64,000 nt of DNA from Candidatus Gugararchaeum adminiculabundum (lineage in GTDB: Archaea > Micrarchaeota > Micrarchaeia > Burarchaeales > Gugararchaeaceae), in contig CABMDC010000012.1 in the NCBI GenBank assembly GCA_902384795.1, positions 71,970 to 135,969 of the forward strand, given 5' to 3'. Of this stretch, positions 1 through 9,063 are shown in pieces. Position numbers and translations under genes: made by a program. The notes below the pieces were generated by a model. It had not been told where the DNA came from. It made no database searches and was given only the letters and a program-made list of their open reading frames with translations. Numbering within the stretch: position 1 is the stretch's first letter; every line of letters starts with the position of its first letter.

Positions 1-900
1 TTTAGTTGCACTGCTCTTTGTCCCCTCATCATCGAATTCAAATGAGCCGAATCCGCCAGGGACTCCCGGGTCGTCGGTGATGTTGACAATTTCTGCGCCG
101 ATTTTTTTGCCTAATTTTCCTTTCAAAATTGTGTCATTGCTCATGATCGCATCCGCTTCGCTTGCATGGCCCACTGCCTCGTGCGCCATTACCCCTGCCA
201 TTTCGCTGTCAACAACTGTTGGGAAAAATCCTTTTGGAGGAGAGGATGCTTTCAAAAGGCGAAGCGACATGGAGCAGGCTTCCTCTGCCCGGTGTTCCAA
301 ATTCTGCAAAAATTCAAATCCGCCCCTGCCTCCGATGCTTTTTCTCCCCTCTTCCAATCTTCCGTTTTCTTTTGCAATTGCCATGAAATAGGCAATGATG
401 AGAGAATCTTTTGTGATTAGCCTCGCGCCCTCGCTGGAAAGGAAGACTTTTTCTCTTGATGAATCGGAATAGCGTAAACTCACATTTTTGATTTTGGGGC
501 TTTGCTTACGCATGAAATTTCTTAATTCAAGAAATCGGCTTACTTTTTCTTCGAGCGAAATTTCCGCCGGGGGCTTTTTTGCCTTTTGCTCAAATGTTTT
601 CTGAAGCGGAATTGAAGTGTGCAATTTGTTTTTACCTTTCCCGAGCGAGGCGAGGCGCAGGGCTGAATTCAGAAGCGATTCGACATCTGGTTTCTCTGAG
701 CTTGCGAAACCCCAGCTTCCATTTTTCAGAACCCTGCAGCCAAGGCCGAATTTGGTGCTTGCTGTGATTTCTGTTTCATCGTCCTTTATGCGAATGGAAG
801 TGAAAGGAGTGGTGTTGATTCTTAGGTCGGCGTAGTCGCACTGGCTAGAGGCTTTTTCCAGCAGTTTTGATGCCTTGTCCAGGTCAATTGGGCTGTCCAT
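1..900 (-). CDS. TldD/PmbA family metallopeptidase, partial (start codon at 898-900, continues beyond window start)
   Basis: Reverse-strand translation from 900 gives an uninterrupted frame to position 1. N-terminus reads MDSPIDLDKASKLLEKASSQCDYADLRINTT...GCRVLKNGSWGFASS, the typical TldD/PmbA N-domain. A HEAVGH (HExxxH-like) motif follows later. Not in ORF track because it runs off the window. Confidence 0.55.
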   Translation of the reverse strand, partial: MDSPIDLDKASKLLEKASSQCDYADLRINTTPFTSIRIKDDETEITASTKFGLGCRVLKNGSWGFASSEKPDVESLLNSALRLASLGKGKNKLHTSIPLQKTFEQKAKKPPAEISLEEKVSRFLELRNFMRKQSPKIKNVSLRYSDSSREKVFLSSEGARLITKDSLIIAYFMAIAKENGRLEEGRKSIGGRGGFEFLQNLEHRAEEACSMSLRLLKASSPPKGFFPTVVDSEMAGVMAHEAVGHASEADAIMSNDTILKGKLGKKIGAEIVNITDDPGVPGGFGSFEFDDEGTKSSATK

Positions 901-947
901 AGGGCTGGATTAGGTGTGACCAAATTATATAATTGGTGCTGCAAATC

Positions 948-1823
948 ATGTCCATGGCAATGCGCATTGTGGTGCTCGGGAGCGGCGGGGCTGTTCCCAG
1001 CCCTGAGAGGAACTTGTCCGGCATTTCGCTCCACTACGAGGGCGATGTCTATTTGTTTGACTGCGGCGAGGGGACCCAGAGGCAGATGATGAAATTCGGC
1101 TCGAGCTATGCAAAGGTCAAGGCTGTTTTCATTTCGCATTTGCATTTAGATCATTGGCTTGGGTTGATTGGGATGATTGAAACCCTTAGGCTGAATGGAA
1201 GGACTGAGAAACTGGAAATCTTCGGGCCGCGGGGGATTGCGCGCAGCGAGCTGCTTGTTCGGGATTTTGTCACTGTTACTGAAATCGGGGATGGGTTTGA
1301 ATACAAGGGAGACGGGTTCAAAGTTAGAGCGTTTGATGTGGAGCACGATAAAGGAGGAATGGGATTTGTTTTCCAGGAAGATGCGAAAAGGAAATTTGAC
1401 GAGGCAAAAGCAAAGGGGATGGGCTTGAAAGGAAAGCTGTTTCGCGAGATTCAGGAAAAGGGAAGTGTTGAAACTGAAAAAGGAAAAGTGAAACTTGAGG
1501 ATGTGAGCTGGCTGCAGGATGGATTGAAAATTGTTTATTCCGGGGATACGATGCCGTGCAAAAGATTGGTAGATGAGGCGAAAGGTGCGGATTTGATAAT
1601 TCATGAGGCGACTTTTCTTGAGGAAATGAAAGAGGAAGCAAAGGAGAAGAAGCACTCAACTGCAAAGCAGGCTGCGGAAATTGCCAAAAAAGCGGGTGCG
1701 AAAAGGCTGCTGTTGACACATATTAGCGGAAGGTACAAGGATTCCAAGGAAATTGAAAAGGAAGCAAGGAAAGTGTTTGAAGAGACTATTGTTGCCAAGG
1801 ATGGGCTGGAAGTCTTACTTTAG
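948..1823 (+). CDS. rnz: ribonuclease Z (tRNA 3' endonuclease), metallo-beta-lactamase fold
   Basis: MRIVVLGSGGAVPSPERNLSGISL, HLHLDHWLGL (HxHxDH motif) and a C-terminal LLLTHIS match RNase Z. ORF track starts at a TTG (933); the ATG at 948 sits about 25-35 nt downstream of TATA-like AAATTATATAATT (914-926). Confidence 0.75.
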   Translation: MSMAMRIVVLGSGGAVPSPERNLSGISLHYEGDVYLFDCGEGTQRQMMKFGSSYAKVKAVFISHLHLDHWLGLIGMIETLRLNGRTEKLEIFGPRGIARSELLVRDFVTVTEIGDGFEYKGDGFKVRAFDVEHDKGGMGFVFQEDAKRKFDEAKAKGMGLKGKLFREIQEKGSVETEKGKVKLEDVSWLQDGLKIVYSGDTMPCKRLVDEAKGADLIIHEATFLEEMKEEAKEKKHSTAKQAAEIAKKAGAKRLLLTHISGRYKDSKEIEKEARKVFEETIVAKDGLEVLL

Positions 1824-1876
1824 GCTCTCTCATCTTGGTTTGACTCGTAACGCGTCTGGTCGAGGTTTCTTATTTT

Positions 1877-3160
1877 CTAGGGAGCGAAGGTTCCGCTTTT
1901 TTTAAGAAAATCCGCAGTGGCGATTACTCTTAGAAAGTTGTACCTATAGTCCCATATTCGTATGGCTCCGAGCGTTGTGGCGTCTACTTTGGTATACTTG
2001 CTGGTTAAGTTCCGCAGCCCCAGAGAATGCAATCTTTTGGCTGGTGAAACTGCATTATAGAACAGATAGGATCCGGCCCACACTTGCAGTTCGCTGAGGC
2101 TCTTTGGATTAACGCCCATCCTTTTGACTTCGCTCAAAAAGGAATCCCGCCTGGATGCGAGGAGGGCTGAGAATGCTTCAAAAGCGCAATCGATATCTCT
2201 AAAATTGTAGTTCTTGTACTCTCGGCTCGCAGTGAAATCCTGTCTTAGATAACCTTTATCCTTGAGTTCGGCAATGCTTTCAACAAATGTGTCCATCCCA
2301 AAGTCAGCAGTGGAGAGCCCATAGGGTAATTTTAACTTGTCTGGCTGTTCCACCATATCCAAAATTAGCCCTTCTTTAAACGCTACCGCGGCTAGGAAAT
2401 TTGGATCCAGCCCGCTCCTCTTTGATGCTTTGAGGATCGTCTCTCGCAAATGCTTTTTCGTGCTGGCGTCTATGCCCTCTTCTCCTGGAATCACTTGAAC
2501 CGGATTAAAATAGGAACGCATCAAAATTGTCCCGACGCCATACTTTTCGTAAAACGGCTTTGCTTTTCGGCCCTCAGCCACGCTTGTTTTTTCAAATTTT
2601 TCAAAAACCGAAGAATCCTTTGCATTGGTTACTGCTTTTTTAAGCCGCACTAAAAGATGATACACTGTCCAAGGGTCGGTTTCATTGAGTATCTTGATTA
2701 GTGTTGATTCGCATAGATGAAAGGAACTGCTTCCGAGATTTTGATTGTTGATAACTCCGACTAAGACATCGGAAACCTCGCCTGTTACGTCCTGCCTTGA
2801 TTTATAGATATCAAAAATCCGCGCTAGTTCAAGGGTCATAAGTGGCAGGTCGCTTTCGTGAGCAGGATTCAATGAGCCGAGCGCTTCAAAAACATACCAC
2901 TGCTTGCCGCGTGCTGCCTTTACCATCTCGTCAAGTGCTTTTTTTGTCTGCCCTAGCCCCTCTGCTGGATTCTTTGATTGGGCGATCAGTACAAGCGCTG
3001 AGTTCGGAAGCTTGTCGCCCCATTCGCCAAGTTCAGCCTTTATTTTTTTGACCGCTTTGTCGGTTTCGGCTTTCTTAACTACTTTAGAAGCCATTTCCTC
3101 CCATCCTTTGGCAAACTGCTTGCGCCTTTCGGCTTCTGGCTGTTTTTGAGCGGAGTCCAT
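1877..3160 (-). CDS. hypothetical protein (427 aa)
   Basis: Long uninterrupted ORF with coding-like composition. No family recognised by eye. Confidence 0.5.
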   Translation of the reverse strand: MDSAQKQPEAERRKQFAKGWEEMASKVVKKAETDKAVKKIKAELGEWGDKLPNSALVLIAQSKNPAEGLGQTKKALDEMVKAARGKQWYVFEALGSLNPAHESDLPLMTLELARIFDIYKSRQDVTGEVSDVLVGVINNQNLGSSSFHLCESTLIKILNETDPWTVYHLLVRLKKAVTNAKDSSVFEKFEKTSVAEGRKAKPFYEKYGVGTILMRSYFNPVQVIPGEEGIDASTKKHLRETILKASKRSGLDPNFLAAVAFKEGLILDMVEQPDKLKLPYGLSTADFGMDTFVESIAELKDKGYLRQDFTASREYKNYNFRDIDCAFEAFSALLASRRDSFLSEVKRMGVNPKSLSELQVWAGSYLFYNAVSPAKRLHSLGLRNLTSKYTKVDATTLGAIRIWDYRYNFLRVIATADFLKKSGTFAP

Positions 3161-3398
3161 GATTAGTTTATGGAAGAGGCGGGATAAAAACTTGACCTTT
3201 TGTCTGCTTTAGGCAAGCGAGCAAACTTTGTTTGCGAGTCTTGCTTTGCATTATTGATTCTAGTCTGGATGTTGAACGCGTAGAGCTGCTTAGGGAAAGC
3301 AATGTACGCTCTACCGTCGAAAGCTCGAGAGAGCCGAATTTTAGGGTTTTTTCGCCTAGCCAACGGGAGTGTGGCTATACCCTATTTAAATGTGAACT

Positions 3399-3412
3399 AA
3401 CGATTAATCGTT
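3399..3412. promoter_or_regulatory. 14-bp perfect palindrome AACGATTAATCGTT between TATA box (TATTTAAA about 3383-3390) and the ATG at 3419; candidate operator
   Basis: Directly read: ...cctatttaaatgtgaactAACGATTAATCGTTgattgcATGgcc. The palindrome overlaps the expected TSS about 25 nt downstream of the TATA. Confidence 0.35.
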
Positions 3413-3418
3413 GATTGC

Positions 3419-3802
3419 ATGGCCAAGAAAAAACCGGCAAAAAAGGCTAAAAAAGCCGCTAAACCTAAAATAAAGGCTAAATCTAAGCCCAAATTGGCAA
3501 AAAAGGCTAAAGTCTCCAAAAAGGGAGGAAGAGGGCGCATATCAGTCACTAAAATAGTGGATGACGTGCCTCCGAAAGCCGTATTGCCAACAGTTGCCAG
3601 GGAATTGCCCAATCCCGAGATCCCGGAGCCCATGGAGGAGCAGGTCGGCAGGCAGATATTCGCGCCAGCCGACAGGGTGCACCTGCAGAATATGACTTTC
3701 GAGATTGCGGGGATAAAGAGGGGGCTCGCAAAGATGACTGAGCAGCTGGAAAAGCTCGAAAAGCAGATCAGGGAGCTTAAGGGCGCTATTCCGGATGATT
3801 AG
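3419..3802 (+). CDS. Lys/Ala-rich basic protein with C-terminal coiled coil (histone H1-like / nucleoid-associated candidate)
   Basis: N-terminus MAKKKPAKKAKKAAKPKIKAKSKPKLAKKAKVSKKGGRGR is an AKKA/KPK low-complexity basic tail typical of DNA-binding tails. C-terminal LEKLEKQIRELK is a heptad-like coiled coil. Confidence 0.5.
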   Translation: MAKKKPAKKAKKAAKPKIKAKSKPKLAKKAKVSKKGGRGRISVTKIVDDVPPKAVLPTVARELPNPEIPEPMEEQVGRQIFAPADRVHLQNMTFEIAGIKRGLAKMTEQLEKLEKQIRELKGAIPDD

Positions 3803-3898
3803 GCAAAAAGGTTAGCAGCCGAAAAACTAATTGAGTGAAAAACTCGCATTAATAGCTTACTTGTTGCTCTTGCCCGACACTCGCTCTTACTCGTCGCC

Positions 3899-4102
3899 CT
3901 ATTCGCTTCTTGCGAGCTTCACATCTTGTTCGGTAATTGTTTTCCTGCCTGCGTGATTTGCGTACTTAATGGCCTTGGCGCCGATTTCCTGGCCCCTGGC
4001 TTCAAGAGCCTCTGCCAATGCAGCGCACGCGCCTTCGCTGATTCTTTCTGCTCCTGATTTGCGCAAAAGTCGGTCCATGGAAGCCAATGACAAATCTGAC
4101 AT
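3899..4102 (-). CDS. archaeal histone (histone-fold, HMf family)
   Basis: MSDLSLASMDRLLRKSGAERISEGACAALAEALEARGQEIGAKAIKYANHAGRKTITEQDVKLA matches the archaeal histone fold at about 67 aa. The internal Met at 4102 is preferred over ORF-track start 4135. A TATA-like ATATAAAAAT lies upstream on the minus strand. Confidence 0.7.
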   Translation of the reverse strand: MSDLSLASMDRLLRKSGAERISEGACAALAEALEARGQEIGAKAIKYANHAGRKTITEQDVKLARSE

Positions 4103-4164
4103 CAAAACCACCTGCTTAGAGATATCCGCGCACATTTTTATATTGCTTGGTGCAAGAAAGACCC

Positions 4165-5202
4165 ATGGCGGCCGGGAAATTGAGATTAGGGCTCGCGAAC
4201 AGGCTCGAAATAGCGCTAGATAACGGGGGAGCGGAGCATTGCTTCATGTCCCATGCGCACACTGATCACCTATTTTCCGCCAATGGAAGGAAACTGATTG
4301 CGAGCGAGGAAACGCGTGTGTTGGCTGGGAGCGATGTTGAATCGGCTGAAAAAATTCAGAAAATTGACGGAGTGAAGATGAGGCTCGCGCATGCCGGACA
4401 TATTTTGGGCTCGAGCCAATTAGTGATTGAAGATGAAGGCGCTGGAAAGAAAATCTGCTATACAGGGGATTTCAAATTGCAAAAAGGGATTACTTGCGCA
4501 AAAGGCGAAATGGTGGAATGCGATGAGCTGATGATTGAGGGAACGTATGGATCACAGGGAATGAATTTCCCTGAAAGGGAGCAGGTCGGGATTGATTTGG
4601 CTGAGTGGGTGCAGAAAAAAAGTGCGCGCGCGAATGTTTTGATTGGAGGATACCCGCTGGGAAAATCGCAGGAGCTGGTGGCAATTTTAAATAAACACGC
4701 TGGAATTGTTCCAATTGTGCACCAGAAAATAGAGGAGAAATGCAAACTGTATGAAAAGCTGGGAGTGAAACTCAAGAGAATTGCCGCTGAATCGAATGAG
4801 GCTGAGAAATTATTGCCCAAGGGATTTGTGGCAATTGTTCCGCCGCAGTATGCGAACCCGGGTTTTGCTTCTAAAATTGAATCGATTTATAACCGTGAAA
4901 CTCTGACTGTGAGCGCGACTGGCTGGAGCATTGCCTACCGGTTGCACACTGATGCGAGCTTTCCGCTTTCTGACCATGCGGATTTGGGGGAGATTATTTC
5001 CTATGCCAAGGGAAGCGGGGCGAAAAAAGTCTGGTGCTGCCTGGGAAATGAGGAATCGCTTTCAGCAATTTTGAGGAAGTGCGGGATAGACGCGGCGCCC
5101 TTCAATGATGAGCAAAGCCAATTAAAGCTGACTAATAAAACATTCACTAGGCGGAAGAAGCGCGAGGCAGTTATTGCGCCGCTGAGTGCGAGTTTAGGGT
5201 GA
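4165..5202 (+). CDS. metallo-beta-lactamase fold RNA-processing-type hydrolase (beta-CASP-like)
   Basis: SHAHTDHLF (HxHxDH), later HILGSS, and C-terminal DHADLGEI resemble MBL/beta-CASP nucleases. ORF track begins at TTG 4147; the in-frame ATG at 4165 follows a shared AT-rich TATA. Confidence 0.55.
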   Translation: MAAGKLRLGLANRLEIALDNGGAEHCFMSHAHTDHLFSANGRKLIASEETRVLAGSDVESAEKIQKIDGVKMRLAHAGHILGSSQLVIEDEGAGKKICYTGDFKLQKGITCAKGEMVECDELMIEGTYGSQGMNFPEREQVGIDLAEWVQKKSARANVLIGGYPLGKSQELVAILNKHAGIVPIVHQKIEEKCKLYEKLGVKLKRIAAESNEAEKLLPKGFVAIVPPQYANPGFASKIESIYNRETLTVSATGWSIAYRLHTDASFPLSDHADLGEIISYAKGSGAKKVWCCLGNEESLSAILRKCGIDAAPFNDEQSQLKLTNKTFTRRKKREAVIAPLSASLG

Positions 5203-5825
5203 TTGGCATCGGACTTAATATCGGAATTTGGATTGACGGGTTGATGTATCCCAGCAGGTATTTCAAGGAGATTGAAGGGAGAGAGGATGCTAAAAGAATT
5301 GCCAAAAATATCCTGATTGCAGGCGTGCTCATGGGGCTTGTGCCAGTAATTTTGCAAATCATACTACTCAAGGTTTTCCCGGGCCAGGTGCTGGAGCTGA
5401 CAAAACAGCAGCAGCCCGAGGCGCTGGAAGTGGTGAAAAACCTGGTTGCGACCCCGCTCACTGAACTGATTTACAGCGGAGCCATTACAACCGTGCTTTC
5501 TGCCATAGTCACTTCCATTGGATTGTTCATGCTGTTTGGATTCACCTATTTGCTTTCGCTGGCATTGGGCTCGCGGGGAAAAATCATGACCCAGTACCAT
5601 TACCAGGCCGCGCTCCTTGTGCCCATAACCATCGGGTGGGCGATTCTTACCTTAATTTTGGGGGTTGTGCTCGGGCTTGCGGCATTGCTGCTCTACCTGA
5701 TTTACCCCATGAGCATCGCCCTGCGCGAGACGCATAAGATGGCGACATGGAAAGCGGTTCTGATTTCAACCATTTCAATTTTCATGGTGCTGTACCTGAG
5801 TGCTACGCTGGTCAGGCCGTTCTGA
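5199..5825 (+). CDS. polytopic membrane protein (Yip1-like topology)
   Basis: Five or more hydrophobic helices (LIAGVLMGLVPVILQIILL, AITTVLSAIVTSIGLFMLFGF, ALLVPITIGWAILTLILGVVLGLAALLLYLIY, LISTISIFMVLYLSA). GTG start overlaps the upstream stop; alternative ATG at 5244. Confidence 0.45.
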   Translation: MIGIGLNIGIWIDGLMYPSRYFKEIEGREDAKRIAKNILIAGVLMGLVPVILQIILLKVFPGQVLELTKQQQPEALEVVKNLVATPLTELIYSGAITTVLSAIVTSIGLFMLFGFTYLLSLALGSRGKIMTQYHYQAALLVPITIGWAILTLILGVVLGLAALLLYLIYPMSIALRETHKMATWKAVLISTISIFMVLYLSATLVRPF

Positions 5826-5832
5826 GGATGAT

Positions 5833-6027
5833 ATGATGATACAAACCTGGTGCGAAATCTGCAAAAGCCCCTGCTTCCCGATCTCGTGCATCCTGTGCGG
5901 TGCGAAAGTGTGCACCGAGTGCCAGAACCAGGGAGTGTGCAAGAGGTGCAGGTTCGGCAAGAAAGTGCTCAAAATGAGGCCCGGTGATTATATTCCGGTT
6001 GTGGGCGGCTGGAAAGTCAAGAAGTAG
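5833..6027 (+). CDS. small Cys-rich zinc-ribbon-like protein (64 aa)
   Basis: MMIQTWCEICKSPCFPISCILCGAKVCTECQNQGVCKRCRF contains several CxxC pairs. Short ORF, so uncertain. Confidence 0.3.
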   Translation: MMIQTWCEICKSPCFPISCILCGAKVCTECQNQGVCKRCRFGKKVLKMRPGDYIPVVGGWKVKK

Positions 6028-6468
6028 TGGGCGCGAGGCTAGTTTTCTCTCGGAAGGAAGGGCTTAAATATCTCCTAATTCATAATGTAATCAAGGAGTG
6101 GTGAGCGAACAGCCAACTAGCCCTTACGAAGAAGGTTTTGACGCTGTGAACAATATGGCATCAAAACAGTCCTAGCAGGGATTGAAGAGGAAGTTCTGCC
6201 CATCGCGAAATCTTCAAATGCCGCTTAAGGCGGCGGCGGAAACAGAAACGAGACCCTGGACCGAGGATGAATATGACGAAAGGAAGACGAAGTCCGATTG
6301 GGATGAAACGCGTCCTCCATAAGAAGCATGTGCGATGCAAGGCCTTTGAGCCGCTTAGTCGAATGCTGTAAAAACAAAAGGCAGACTATGACTCGCCACT
6401 CCCCTTTTATTCACCCACTAGCCCTCGCTCAAATTAAATAGCTTTTCAAGCCAAATAGAATACAAAAT

Positions 6469-6541
6469 GGGCTCGTAGTCGAATGGTTAAGACGCTGCTC
6501 TCACACAGCAGAGATTCCCGGTCCGATTCCGGGCGGGCCCA
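6469..6541 (+). tRNA. tRNA-Val (anticodon CAC), CCA not encoded
   Basis: Manual cloverleaf: acceptor GGGCTCG/CGGGCCC (one G-U), D-arm GTCG..AGAC with GG in loop, anticodon stem CTGCT/AGCAG, loop CTCACAC giving CAC, 5-nt variable, T-arm CCCGG-TCCGATT-CCGGG, discriminator A. Total 73 nt. Confidence 0.75.
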
Positions 6542-6603
6542 CTGCCCATCCTTTTCTTTTGCAAAAAGAAAAGTCTGGTCGAATCCAAAAGAAAAAACAA
6601 TTG

Positions 6604-6676
6604 GGGCCTATTGTCGAATGGTTAAGACGTCACCCTTACACGGTGAAGACTCCCGGTCCGATTCCGGGTGGGCCCA
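6604..6676 (+). tRNA. tRNA-Val (anticodon TAC), CCA not encoded
   Basis: Same architecture as the upstream tRNA. Acceptor GGGCCTA/TGGGCCC, anticodon stem TCACC/GGTGA, loop CTTACAC giving TAC, T-arm CCCGG-TCCGATT-CCGGG. 73 nt. Confidence 0.75.
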
Positions 6677-6772
6677 CTTCTAATTCTCGGTGATTTGAAC
6701 GCAAGTTTATAAAGTTGCAGATTGTAAAACAACATGTAATTAGGTGGGCACTTGAATAAACCTGGCGCCGTG

Positions 6773-9061
6773 ATGGCTGCCGCGGAAAAAATAACTGCAA
6801 ACAGCGGAGTTGCAACTTCTTCTTTTAATGGAAATCTTCTTTCGGCGCAGAAAACAGGCATGCGGCTCCAGGATGCAATTGAAATTCTGCGCCAGGGCGG
6901 AATAGGGTTTAATGGAAAAGTTGTGCACTGCTGGTACGAGGCGGCCGAGGCGCTCCAGGGGAAAAAGGGGCTGTTCTCGGTAAAGGCCGCGGTGAACACA
7001 ACCGGCAAATCTGTCAGCGAGCACGGGATATTTTTCCTGGACGTGCCTTTGAACGAGGTTCCTGCAAAAGTCAATGAAGTTTTGAATAACATGGAAAACG
7101 CGGGGATGGATAAGGAACAGGGGGTTTTGATCCAGCCAATGGCCGAAAACGGACTGCATATGATGGCGGATATGAGGCAGACTCCTTTTGGCCCAGTGGT
7201 AATCCTTAAGCTCGGCGGAGACGCATCAGAGGAGAAAACCATCACTGTGAAAGCATTTGGAGAAATGACCCAAAAAAAGCGCGAAAGGCTTGAGGAGCAA
7301 ATTGCAAAGATTCCTGCAATAAAGCGCAGGCCGGAATTGGTAAAGCCTCTTGCTGATTTTGCTGAAAAGCTTCTGAAAATCGGAAAGGATTTCCCCCACG
7401 TTGGCGAGATTGAAATGAACCCGCTCATCTGCTACAAGGATGGGAGGATTTCGCCTGTTGATTTGCGCGCCTTCACTTCCAATCTTGAGCCGGGCAGGGT
7501 TCCGGCAATGAGCCAGGAGGAGTTCAACAGGCTGATGGACTGCATGGTGAATCCGGCTGTCCTTTTTGTCGTTGCTCCAAACGGAAAATTCAAGATGGAT
7601 GGGGGAGTGGAAAGGTTCCTCATGACTGCGAATGCGATGAGGACCAGCCTGGGCGATAACGGCTGCGAGGTCTACTTCATCCACCCCAAGAAGGATAAAA
7701 TGGACATGCATGATTTTGAGGGAAATTTAATTGCAAAGGATGTGAAATGCTATCCAACTGTGCGCGCAGCCATGATGGCGATTCGGGACAAGCCTGACTG
7801 CCTGTTGGTGTGCCTTCCGCCCAAAGAGACTATTGAATACTTGGAGGAATGCCTGGAACTGGGAATCCCGAGCGCTGTTTTCATGGGGGCAGGGTTCAAT
7901 GAACTTGGAGGCGAGGGGGATGCTTACGCGCAAAGAATCCGGGAGCTCATGGCAAGCGGTAAAATGGTCATAATCGGGCCGAACACCGTGGGCATGCAGA
8001 GCTTCCTGGCCAAAGTGGACTCGAGCTTTTCGTCTGGAGGAGGGCTCGGGGATTATAGGACCCCTGAAGGAGGGGAAGGGATTTGCGCAGCGACCCAGAG
8101 CGGAGGAGTGATGAACACCATAGTCAATTTCGTCGCGGCCGAAGGGGAGAGGATGGATGTTGCGGTCGGCCTGGGGAACATGCTTGGGATTGAGGACATC
8201 GGACTGCTTGCGGAGTATTTTGCCACAAGGCCGGGGACAAAGGTTGCCCAGTTTTATTTGGAGGGCTCGATTTCGCCGGCGTTTGTCGAGGCAGTGAAAA
8301 GGCACTCAAAGGATGTCGCGTTTGTTGTGATGTGCGCAGGGAAAAGCGAGTCTGCGAAAAGTGTGAAGAATACGCACACTGACGCGCTCATGGGGGACTA
8401 TGAGGCGGTTGAGCTTGCACTCAGGGATGCGGGAGCGATAATTGTAAGGGACATTGAGCAGATGAAAATGGTTTCAAGGGCGTGCAATGCCGGCATGGAT
8501 GTCGCGCTTGCCGCAAAAATCAGTGCGGCGCTTGAAAAAGGGGAGCCTGCGCCGGGAGTTGGGCTTTTTGTGCAGTCAGGCGCCGATGGAAGGATTTTCA
8601 TGGATGTAATTGAAGAGCAGGGAATGAAGCTTGCTCCGTTTTCACCGGAAATAAAAAAACAAATGCGGGAGATGGGGTTTATAGGGGATTACATGGGGGA
8701 TGGCCCTTATCTGGACCTGGGGGCAAAGCCGGACATGGCCGGAGTGTTCAGGACTGTTTCACAGGATGCCGGAGTAGCGTTTGTAATTGTTGCAACAACA
8801 AAAATTTTCTGGGCCGGATTTGTTCCGAGCTGGGACGGGACCCCTGCGGTCATGTACCTGGGGGATGATCCCACTGGGAATATCACAAAAGTCATGACCA
8901 GGAAGGGAAAAGTGAATGTGCTGCTTGAAACAAACGGGGAACCGCGCATTGCGACGTTTGAAGGAAAGGGCTGGCCTGCGGTTACGCGCAACCCGAGCAC
9001 TGCGGTGGAGTTCGCAAAGCACATGATGCAGAGGAGCCAGTGGCTTGCTGAGAATAAATAG
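6773..9061 (+). CDS. acyl-CoA synthetase (NDP/ADP-forming), fused ATP-grasp (beta-like) then CoA-binding (alpha-like) domains
   Basis: N-half has ATP-grasp features (VKAAVNTTGKSVSEHGIFFLDV, EIEMNPLI). C-half has a CoA-ligase/CoA-binding signature (VIIGPNTVGMQS, LLVCLPPKETIEYLEECLELGIPSAVFM). Domain order appears beta-then-alpha. Confidence 0.5.
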   Translation: MAAAEKITANSGVATSSFNGNLLSAQKTGMRLQDAIEILRQGGIGFNGKVVHCWYEAAEALQGKKGLFSVKAAVNTTGKSVSEHGIFFLDVPLNEVPAKVNEVLNNMENAGMDKEQGVLIQPMAENGLHMMADMRQTPFGPVVILKLGGDASEEKTITVKAFGEMTQKKRERLEEQIAKIPAIKRRPELVKPLADFAEKLLKIGKDFPHVGEIEMNPLICYKDGRISPVDLRAFTSNLEPGRVPAMSQEEFNRLMDCMVNPAVLFVVAPNGKFKMDGGVERFLMTANAMRTSLGDNGCEVYFIHPKKDKMDMHDFEGNLIAKDVKCYPTVRAAMMAIRDKPDCLLVCLPPKETIEYLEECLELGIPSAVFMGAGFNELGGEGDAYAQRIRELMASGKMVIIGPNTVGMQSFLAKVDSSFSSGGGLGDYRTPEGGEGICAATQSGGVMNTIVNFVAAEGERMDVAVGLGNMLGIEDIGLLAEYFATRPGTKVAQFYLEGSISPAFVEAVKRHSKDVAFVVMCAGKSESAKSVKNTHTDALMGDYEAVELALRDAGAIIVRDIEQMKMVSRACNAGMDVALAAKISAALEKGEPAPGVGLFVQSGADGRIFMDVIEEQGMKLAPFSPEIKKQMREMGFIGDYMGDGPYLDLGAKPDMAGVFRTVSQDAGVAFVIVATTKIFWAGFVPSWDGTPAVMYLGDDPTGNITKVMTRKGKVNVLLETNGEPRIATFEGKGWPAVTRNPSTAVEFAKHMMQRSQWLAENK

Positions 9062-9063
9062 AA

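Noticed and set aside
822-1823. Minus-strand ORFs (822-1145, 1146-1655, 1324-1719) overlapping the RNase Z gene
   Set aside because: Antisense to a gene with clear motifs; low-complexity Ser/Pro/Leu-rich translations.
6483-6683. 66-aa ORF spanning both tRNA genes
   Set aside because: It translates the tRNA sequences themselves, is repetitive (SRDSRSDSG twice), and the tRNA models explain the region fully.
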